Part shown: one piece after another, positions 57,279-64,000 of the stretch | How the letters are laid out: each line of letters opens with the position of its first letter | How positions within the stretch are numbered: the stretch's first letter is position 1 | From: an uncultured Verrucomicrobiae bacterium | GTDB lineage: Bacteria > Verrucomicrobiota > Verrucomicrobiia > Chthoniobacterales > UBA10450 | DNA length: 64,000 nucleotides | Direction of reading: 5' to 3' | Assembly (NCBI GenBank): GCA_963815455.1 | Contig: CAWFGO010000001.1 | Location: 192,001 to 256,000, forward strand | Notes under the pieces: model-generated | What the model saw: the letters and a program-made list of their open reading frames with translations, nothing else | The model's database searches: none | Told to the model about the DNA's origin: nothing | Position numbers and translations under genes: made by a program

Positions 57279-59023
57279 GCGGCCGCAATTTCTTCGCCGA
57301 GTTAAAACGGCGCAATGTTTACAAAGTCGCCGTCGCGTATGCGGTCGCCGGATGGGCCCTCGCGCAAGGCATCGCCCAGGTTTTTCCGGTTTTCGATATC
57401 CCAAACTGGGCAGTGCGTCTGATCGTGCTGGTGATCGTGATCGGATTTCCCGTTGCGCTTGTGATTGCGTGGGCGTTTGAGCTTACGCCGGAGGGGCTGA
57501 AGCGAACCGAAGATGTCGATCCTGCGGCATCGGCGCATCAACCGAAAAAACGGACATGGATTTTTGTCGTCATCATCGGCGGCGCAATTTCGCTCGGTTT
57601 ATTCCTTCTCGGTCGCTACAGCGCGACAACAACCGCAGCTCTGCCGGCGAAATCGATCGCCGTCCTTCCCTTCGATAATCTGAGCCGCGATCCGGACAAC
57701 GCTTACTTTTGTGAAGGCGTGCAGGATGAAATTCTAACTCGGCTCGCGAAGGTCGCAGACCTGAAGGTGATCTCGCGCACCTCGACCCAACATTTCAAGA
57801 GTGCGCCGGACAATCTTCCCGAGATCGCAAAGCAACTCGGCGTGGCTCACATTTTAGAGGGAAGTGTGCAGAAAGCAGGCGAGCAGGTGCGCGTGAATGT
57901 GCAGCTTATTAACGCGCTAACCGACGCGCATCTCTGGGCCGACACTTACGATCGCAAGTTGACCGATATTTTCGCGGTAGAGAGCGAGATCGCGAAAACA
58001 ATCGCGGAGACGTTGCGAGCCCGCCTGACCGGCTCGGAAAAAAGCTCGATCGCGAAAGAGCCGACATCGAATCCGGAAGCATACGAGCTTTACCTCAAGG
58101 GAAGATTTTTTTGGAACAAACGCAACGGCGACGATCTGCGCAAAGCGATCGACTATTTTAATCGAGCGATTGCCAAAGATCCGAATTACGCGCTGGCCTA
58201 TGTCGGCGTGGCGGATTCCTACCTGCTTCTTCCCAACTATGGCGCAGTCTCTCCAGTTGATTCAATCCCACCGGCGCGCTCCGCGTTGAAGAAGGCGCTG
58301 GCGCTCGACGACTCGCTGGCGGAAGCACACGCTTCGTCGGGTCTACTCGCAACCGTCGAGCTGGATCTCCAACCCGCGATTGACGAGTTGAAACGGGCGG
58401 TCGAGTTGAAACCGAACTACGCAACCGCCCATCACTGGCTCGCTTTGGCCTGGATGACAGTGAGGCAATTCGATCCCGCCATCGCCGAAGCGAAACGCGC
58501 GGTCGCACTTGACCCGCTCTCGCTAATCATCAATGCCGATTTCAGCTGGCTTTATCTCTGTAGCCGGCGCTACGACGAGGCGGAAGCGCAAGCGCGCAAA
58601 ACCCTGGAGATCGATCCCAACTTTTTTCTGGCGCATTACTATCTTGGTGAAATTTTGCAATTCAAAGGTCGCCTGACCGATGCGATCGCCGAATATCAAA
58701 AGGCGTTCGACCTAACGAACGATCCATACCCGCTCGCCGCCCTGGGCCAGGCGCGCGCTCGAAACGGACAAAAGGACGAAGCGCGCAAGATTCTTGACCG
58801 ACTTAATCAAGAAGCAAAGTCACGCTTTGTCGCGCCTTATGCGAAGGCGCTGGTTCTCAACGCGCTGGGCGAGAAAGCGCAGGCCATCGACGAACTGGAA
58901 CGCGCCTACCGCGAAGGCACCGGCGCTTACCTTTTCGTCATCACAGTGGATCCCATGGTCGATGATCTGCGCGGCGATCCGCGCTTCGAAGCGCTCGCTC
59001 AGAAGATAACGGGCGGGAAATAG
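57275..59023 (+). CDS. membrane-anchored TolB-like/TPR protein (array gene 8)
   Basis: ATGA overlap; FFAELKRRN head; AYELYLKGRFFWNKR; DPMVDDLRGDPRF tail. Confidence 0.85.
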   Translation: MSGRNFFAELKRRNVYKVAVAYAVAGWALAQGIAQVFPVFDIPNWAVRLIVLVIVIGFPVALVIAWAFELTPEGLKRTEDVDPAASAHQPKKRTWIFVVIIGGAISLGLFLLGRYSATTTAALPAKSIAVLPFDNLSRDPDNAYFCEGVQDEILTRLAKVADLKVISRTSTQHFKSAPDNLPEIAKQLGVAHILEGSVQKAGEQVRVNVQLINALTDAHLWADTYDRKLTDIFAVESEIAKTIAETLRARLTGSEKSSIAKEPTSNPEAYELYLKGRFFWNKRNGDDLRKAIDYFNRAIAKDPNYALAYVGVADSYLLLPNYGAVSPVDSIPPARSALKKALALDDSLAEAHASSGLLATVELDLQPAIDELKRAVELKPNYATAHHWLALAWMTVRQFDPAIAEAKRAVALDPLSLIINADFSWLYLCSRRYDEAEAQARKTLEIDPNFFLAHYYLGEILQFKGRLTDAIAEYQKAFDLTNDPYPLAALGQARARNGQKDEARKILDRLNQEAKSRFVAPYAKALVLNALGEKAQAIDELERAYREGTGAYLFVITVDPMVDDLRGDPRFEALAQKITGGK

Positions 59024-59034
59024 TAAAGATCGGA

Positions 59035-59970
59035 TCACCTTGGGCGGTGTTGCTCGGCCAGCTTCACCAAAGTAAACAGCGCGTGGTTGACGGGAACATT
59101 GACGCCCAACTCCGCTCCTCGTCGAGATACATAGCCGTTTAACGAATCAATCTCGGTAGGCCGGCCGCGATTGAGATCCTGCGCCGTGGAGGAGAGCGCG
59201 CCAGCCATTTGAGTGGCAATCTCCATCGCCGCGGCCATTCCTGCTTTCGCATCGGCGATGTCGGGCAAAATTACTTTCGCAGCCCGTGCTACGGCCAGGA
59301 CTTCTTCGACGACGCTCTGCATCACCTGCCGCGCGTCGTTGCTTTCGGCGATCTGGCCATAACGAGCCTGGCCCAGGGCCGAGATGGCATTCAGCGCGCA
59401 GTTGCAAAGAAGTTTAGCCCACAATTCACCTTCGATGTTGTTCGAAATCTCACAGCGGATGCCGGCGCGGCCGAAAATGTCCGCCACATACTTCGTTTCT
59501 TCATTGGGCGGTCCGACAATGATATCACCGCGCGCCAAATGTTTTATGTGGCCTGGCTCCGGCACGGACACGGCAATGTAAACGGCGGCTGAAACAGCGG
59601 AGACGTCGGCGGCTTCGCGGATCTGGTCAACGTTATTTACTCCGTTTTGCAGACTCACAATCGTCGCATCCTTTGCGAGGAAAGGGGCCATTTGTGTTGC
59701 CGCGAACGGCGTATCCATCGATTTCACACAAAACAGAATCAGCCGGGCATCGCGCACCGAGCTCATGTCGGCCGTGGCTTCGACGCTGATCCGTTCCCGC
59801 TCTTGCGACCGATCGAGGACGAGCCCATTTTGTTTGACCGCATCGACAAATTGTTGTCGGCCAATCATCACAACCGGAGCACCCGCCCGCACAAACATCC
59901 CGCCGAAATAGCCGCCAACCGCACCGGCGCCCACGACGGCTATTCGCGGCCATTCATCGCCCTTCGTCAT
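59035..59970 (-). CDS. panE: 2-dehydropantoate 2-reductase
   Basis: GAGAVGG, CVKS, LQNG, WAKL..N, SSTAQD, EIDSLNG. Confidence 0.9.
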   Translation of the reverse strand: MTKGDEWPRIAVVGAGAVGGYFGGMFVRAGAPVVMIGRQQFVDAVKQNGLVLDRSQERERISVEATADMSSVRDARLILFCVKSMDTPFAATQMAPFLAKDATIVSLQNGVNNVDQIREAADVSAVSAAVYIAVSVPEPGHIKHLARGDIIVGPPNEETKYVADIFGRAGIRCEISNNIEGELWAKLLCNCALNAISALGQARYGQIAESNDARQVMQSVVEEVLAVARAAKVILPDIADAKAGMAAAMEIATQMAGALSSTAQDLNRGRPTEIDSLNGYVSRRGAELGVNVPVNHALFTLVKLAEQHRPR

Positions 59971-60095
59971 ACGTCCTTATACTAGCAGTTACTTCGTAGC
60001 GTAACTGCATTGTCGAAAGCTATTCACTCTGGACCAGTTGCTCGGGGAGACGTCACTTCGACGCGCGTGCAGACAATTATCCGCGGGAAATAACC

Positions 60096-60136
60096 AAGAT
60101 CGACAATCGCTTTTTCCGAACTGAACCGGCGCAATT
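60096..60136 (+). pseudogene. relic 5' end of a TolB-like/TPR paralog
   Basis: AAGATCGACAAT (as at 51332) followed by TTTTCCGAACTGAACCGGCGCAAT, reading FSELNRRN. Confidence 0.45.
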
Positions 60137-60139
60137 GTT

Positions 60140-60202
60140 GTAGCCGCCCCGGTCTGCCGGGACGTCCTGGCCTGCGACACGGCGACAGAGCGCCGTGGCT
60201 AC
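60140..60202. repeat. GTAG-type REP doublet (family J)
   Basis: GTAGCCGCCCCGGTCTGCCGGGACG ... CACGGCGACAGAGCGCCGTGGCTAC. Confidence 0.75.
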
Positions 60203-60241
60203 ACCGCGAATTTATCTAATCACGCTTCGCGTTTCCCTGCC

Positions 60242-60808
60242 CTACGCTTTGTCGTACACGGCTTTGCCGTGGAACTTTTTGCCGTCCGCGCCGGTGCCGT
60301 TAATGGTCACAGTGCGCGACTTGCCGTCCTTGGCCACGGTGATTTTCCCCGACCAGACGACTTTGCCATCTTTCATGGCGGTGATTTCGTTGGTGTGATC
60401 GTTTACCGTTTTGTAGGCAGCGGAGTTCCACCCCATGTTTCCCTTCGCCGGATAGGCTTTTCCGTCAAACATCCCTACCCAAACTCCGTGGGTCGGTTTT
60501 CCATCCTTGTCCACACCGTCCACAGTCACCTTCACCTTGCCGCCCTTGGCCTCGGCGTAGACCACGGTGTGGTTCTTGCCCATCCCGGGCACGAGTTTCG
60601 ACTTCGCTTCATTGAGCTTCCATGTACCCATGTGAGGGCTCGTCGCGGCCATCATGGGAGCGGCTTCCTTCTTCGGAGCCTTTGCCTTGGCGGCTTTTGA
60701 AGCCGCTGGACTTGCCGCCGGCTCGGTCGCTTTCGTTTCACCAAAACAAACTGCCGCTGCCGTAAACGACAGGGCCACAACTGCTACTGCAATTCGAGAA
60801 TTCATCAT
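60242..60808 (-). CDS. secreted lipocalin-like beta-barrel hypothetical protein
   Basis: Signal peptide, GTWKLNEAKS, DGKAYP, VAKDGKS, VYDK. Confidence 0.7.
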   Translation of the reverse strand: MMNSRIAVAVVALSFTAAAVCFGETKATEPAASPAASKAAKAKAPKKEAAPMMAATSPHMGTWKLNEAKSKLVPGMGKNHTVVYAEAKGGKVKVTVDGVDKDGKPTHGVWVGMFDGKAYPAKGNMGWNSAAYKTVNDHTNEITAMKDGKVVWSGKITVAKDGKSRTVTINGTGADGKKFHGKAVYDKA

Positions 60809-60857
60809 GCGGCGGATTCCGGCAGAAATGCCGTTAGACGTCAATATCAATAATCTA

Positions 60858-60962
60858 AACCGCGGATTACCCGGATTAACACGGATCATAACTAATCGAG
60901 AATCTAGAATCTGGCCGTTGGATTCTTGTCGGTAATCCGCTAAATCCGCGTAATCCGCGGTT
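60858..60962. repeat. CGGATT-periodic inverted repeat pair (family I)
   Basis: AACCGCGGATTACCCGGATTAACACGGAT ... ATCCGCTAAATCCGCGTAATCCGCGGTT. Confidence 0.75.
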
Positions 60963-61009
60963 GAAAACAAACATTGACTCAGCATTCGATTCCCGGCTCG
61001 ATGGAAGCC

Positions 61010-61495
61010 ATGAAAACAAGAACCCTATTAGGTATTCTTACTCTGGGATTGGTCGCAACGGCAGTTTGTCTGGCAGGAGATGCGAAGATCGAACAAGCCC
61101 TTCGCGACCTCGACGCTCAATGGTCAGCGGCGGCCGCGGCCAAAGACGTCGATAAAACGGTTTCCTATTATTCCAAGGACGCTATTGTGCTGCCTCCGAA
61201 TAAACCGGTGGCGACAACCAGGGAAGCGATTCGCGCCTCCTGGAAAGAAGACATCGACAGCATGATCAGCGGAAGCTGGAAGGCAACGAGGGTGGAAGTA
61301 GCGAAGTCCGGCGACATGGCCTACGTCAGCGGCACCTTTGAGTGGACTTCGAAAGACGCCACCGGCAAAACGATCAACGACCACGGCAAGTATCTCGAGG
61401 TCTTCAAAAAACAATCCGACGGAAGCTGGAAGTGCACCGCCGATTGTTGGAATTCCGATCTTCCAGTTGCACCTACTGCAAACGAGAAAAAATAG
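61010..61495 (+). CDS. secreted NTF2-like (DUF4440/YybH) protein
   Basis: Signal peptide; YYSKDAIVLPP, SGDMAY..G, GKYLEVFKKQSDGSWK. Confidence 0.85.
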   Translation: MKTRTLLGILTLGLVATAVCLAGDAKIEQALRDLDAQWSAAAAAKDVDKTVSYYSKDAIVLPPNKPVATTREAIRASWKEDIDSMISGSWKATRVEVAKSGDMAYVSGTFEWTSKDATGKTINDHGKYLEVFKKQSDGSWKCTADCWNSDLPVAPTANEKK

Positions 61496-61555
61496 TTCGA
61501 TTGCCCGGACCGGCAACCGCAGAAGCTGACACACTGACACACAATAGGAGCGCAT

Positions 61556-62080
61556 ATGCCGATCACTTCCTTCAACAGTTTCACCGACGGTATCGATCCG
61601 AATCGAAGAAGCCGCGAACACTTCATTACCAACATCAACCTGGAAAATGACCGTCTCTGGGTTCCTTACGCGAATGGTGTCTGGTTCCAGCCCTGCTCGT
61701 TTAACGTCACATCTGGAGGATTCAGCGTCGTTCTGAAGGGCCTCCCCGGATCTATGGTGGGAACTCACTACCATGTTGGCACCGTTCACGGCTATACGAT
61801 GCGTGGTCACTGGCGATACCTGGAGCATGACTGGATTGCAAAACCCGGAACATACATTTACGAACCCGCCGGCGAGGCGCACACGCTGGTGATCACCGCT
61901 GACTCACCAGAACCCATGATCACTCTGTTCGTGGTTGGCGGCGGTCTGATCTATCTGGACAAGGCGGTCAATGGTGGCTTTGCCGCCTACGAGGATGGTT
62001 TCACGCTTCTCGAGCTGACACGGAAATACTACCGCGAGGCCGGTCTGGATGCGCGCCAGATCGACCTGCTCGTGCGCTGA
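61556..62080 (+). CDS. cupin, 2,4'-dihydroxyacetophenone dioxygenase-like
   Basis: HYHVG..GHWRYLEHDW..YEPAGEAHTL; AGGAG RBS. Confidence 0.8.
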   Translation: MPITSFNSFTDGIDPNRRSREHFITNINLENDRLWVPYANGVWFQPCSFNVTSGGFSVVLKGLPGSMVGTHYHVGTVHGYTMRGHWRYLEHDWIAKPGTYIYEPAGEAHTLVITADSPEPMITLFVVGGGLIYLDKAVNGGFAAYEDGFTLLELTRKYYREAGLDARQIDLLVR

Positions 62081-62218
62081 TTCAACGATTAGGATGATCC
62101 TAGAACAAGTTGATTTGATCAGCCAGTTCGTCGCCGCGGCGACACAAAGCGCCCGCCATCGCGGCACGCGCGCTTACGTTCCCGCCTAATCGCGATCGAT
62201 GAGTCGGCGTGACCAAGT

Positions 62219-62309
62219 CCACAGATTTCGCGGATTCACGCAGATTTTTCTTTTTCAGGCCAACACGGGCCATCCTGATTAAATCTGTGAAAATCTGTGT
62301 CATCTGTGG
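62219..62309. repeat. CAGAT-periodic inverted repeat pair (family I variant)
   Basis: CCACAGATTTCGCGGATTCACGCAGAT ... ATCTGTGAAAATCTGTGTCATCTGTGG. Confidence 0.7.
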
Positions 62310-62331
62310 TTAAACCTTGCAGGATCGACAC

Positions 62332-62733
62332 ATGAACCGCCTCTCGGAATTAACGAAGTTCGCACAGCGTTATGCCGAAGCGTGGTGCAGCCAAAACTCT
62401 GAAAGCGTAGCGGCATTCTTCGCCGAAAATGGTTCGCTGAGCGTGAACGACGGACCGCCCGCCGTCGGACGATCACCGATTGCGGAAGTAGCGCGAGGAT
62501 TCATGCGCGATTTCCCGGACATGATCGTGACTTTCGACAAACTGGAGCCGCGCGAAGGTGCTACTGCGTTTCATTGGACCTTGATCGGAACCAACACCGG
62601 ACCGGGCGGGACGGGAAGACGCGTCCAAATCAGCGGCTACGAACTTTGGAAGGTCGACAACGATGGGCTAATCGCAGAATCGAAAGGCAATTTCGACGCC
62701 GCCGAATATGAACGACAGCTCAAGGGCATGTGA
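62332..62733 (+). CDS. SnoaL-like / ester cyclase family protein
   Basis: FMRDFPD, HWTLIGTNTGPGGTG, GLIAES. Confidence 0.8.
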   Translation: MNRLSELTKFAQRYAEAWCSQNSESVAAFFAENGSLSVNDGPPAVGRSPIAEVARGFMRDFPDMIVTFDKLEPREGATAFHWTLIGTNTGPGGTGRRVQISGYELWKVDNDGLIAESKGNFDAAEYERQLKGM

Positions 62734-62784
62734 CAAGTGACGTGTGACGAGTGATAGGTTCGAGAGGCGCGAGCCGAATTTCTT

Positions 62785-64000
62785 ATGAATGACAGAAATC
62801 CTCTCCGATTCGCCAGCGGCATAATCCTTTTTTTGCTTGCGAGCGGTGCAGGCGTTTGTGCGACTGAGTCGGACCAGCACGCGGGACATCACTTGGGCAC
62901 GGTCAACTTTCCAGTCTCCTGTTCCAAGGAAGCCCAGGAGGAATTCAATCGAGCAGTTGCCCTGCTTCATCACATGACCTACCCGCAGGCGCGGCAAGCG
63001 TTCGAGCACGTCGCAGCAATCGATCCCAAATGTGCGATGGCGCATTGGGGCATCGCGATGACTTTATTTCAGCCACTCTGGCCGACTCGTCCGTCTCCCA
63101 AAGCTCTTCAGCGCGGTTGGGAAGAGGTGCAAAAAGCAAAAGAACTTCAGCCGGCGACCGAACGGGAACGGCTCTTGGTGGCAGCGACCGAGGCGTTCTT
63201 CCTGGAACCGGCCTCGCCCGATTACTGGCTTCGGATTCGTCGCTGGGAACAAGCCATGGAAAAAGCTTACAACGCCTTTCCGGACGATCCGGAAGTCGGT
63301 GCTTTTTACGCTTTGGCGCATTTGGCCACCGCTCCATCGGATAAAATTTCCCGAGACCACTCCGATCGGGCCGCCGAAATTCTGCTCCGCATCTACAAAC
63401 AGAATCCGGATCATCCCGGCGCCATGCATTATCTCGTTCACGCTAACGATGTGCCGGGGCGCGAGCGCGAATCACTGGAAATCACCCGCAAGTACGAAGT
63501 CGTCGCGCCGGACAACCCGCACGCGCTCCATATGCCGACCCATATTTATACCCGGCTGGGAGATTGGGAGGGCGTGATTCGCGGAAACCTCCGCGCCGCA
63601 GACGCAGCCCTGAAATATCCTGTCGGCGACAACGGAGAGTTTGTTTGGGACGAGTTTCCTCATGCGATCGAGTACCTCATCTACGGGTATCTTCAGAAGG
63701 GCGCGGACGACCAAGCCGCGGCGCAGTTGAAGCGATTACGCGGAACGGCGCATCTGGAACCGACTTTCAAGGTGGCGTTTCATCTGAGTTCAACTCAAGC
63801 CCGGTATGCTTTGGAGCGGCGCGCCTGGAACGAGGCGATGTCGATCGTCCCGCGCGAACCGGCAAATCTCGATTGGGATCATTTCACCTGGCCGGAAGCA
63901 ATCGTGCGATTCGCGCGCGGTCTGGGCGCGGCGCATTTAGGAAAAATCGATGAGGCCAAAGCGGAGGTGAAACGTCTGCAGGAACTTGAAGATGCCACGG
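62785..64000 (+). CDS. secreted TPR-type protein, 3'-truncated (absent from the ORF track)
   Basis: MNDRNPLRFASGIILFLL..LGTVNFPVSCS..DPKCAMAHWG..HPGAMHYLVH..PHALHMPTHIY; appears open to the window end. Confidence 0.8.
   Translation, partial: MNDRNPLRFASGIILFLLASGAGVCATESDQHAGHHLGTVNFPVSCSKEAQEEFNRAVALLHHMTYPQARQAFEHVAAIDPKCAMAHWGIAMTLFQPLWPTRPSPKALQRGWEEVQKAKELQPATERERLLVAATEAFFLEPASPDYWLRIRRWEQAMEKAYNAFPDDPEVGAFYALAHLATAPSDKISRDHSDRAAEILLRIYKQNPDHPGAMHYLVHANDVPGRERESLEITRKYEVVAPDNPHALHMPTHIYTRLGDWEGVIRGNLRAADAALKYPVGDNGEFVWDEFPHAIEYLIYGYLQKGADDQAAAQLKRLRGTAHLEPTFKVAFHLSSTQARYALERRAWNEAMSIVPREPANLDWDHFTWPEAIVRFARGLGAAHLGKIDEAKAEVKRLQELEDAT

Noticed and set aside
43327..59023. Integron cassette array or diversity-generating retroelement
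   Set aside because: The genes overlap or abut, leaving no room for attC sites. No integrase, reverse transcriptase or TR/VR pair was seen in the window.

Overview
A GC-rich bacterial chromosomal segment. Gene content and expanded protein families suggest soil Verrucomicrobiota (Chthoniobacterales/Spartobacteria-like); this is an inference. Housekeeping genes include nth, hflX, miaA, alkA, uvrB, mgtE, a fadJ-like gene, two acyl-CoA dehydrogenases, lat plus an ALDH7/pcd, a PrpD-family gene, panE and an M3 peptidase. Three accessory layers stand out. (1) Eleven paralogous membrane-anchored TolB-like/TPR genes sit in two tightly packed arrays: 3 genes at 21.8-27.9 kb, and 8 genes at 43.3-59.0 kb directly behind a VapBC pair. 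Their modules are mosaic, and each array holds one atypical class III nucleotide cyclase. (2) A dense population of REP-like palindromic repeats from about ten families is present, along with a RAYT-type HUH transposase. The repeats nest inside each other, supply stop codons, and sit in frame inside miaA, prpD, fadJ, uvrB, an acyl-CoA dehydrogenase and the transposase itself. (3) Three probably exported proteins share an Ig-like plus dockerin-like C-terminal module. Several single-base frameshifts may be assembly errors. No rRNA, tRNA or CRISPR array was seen.
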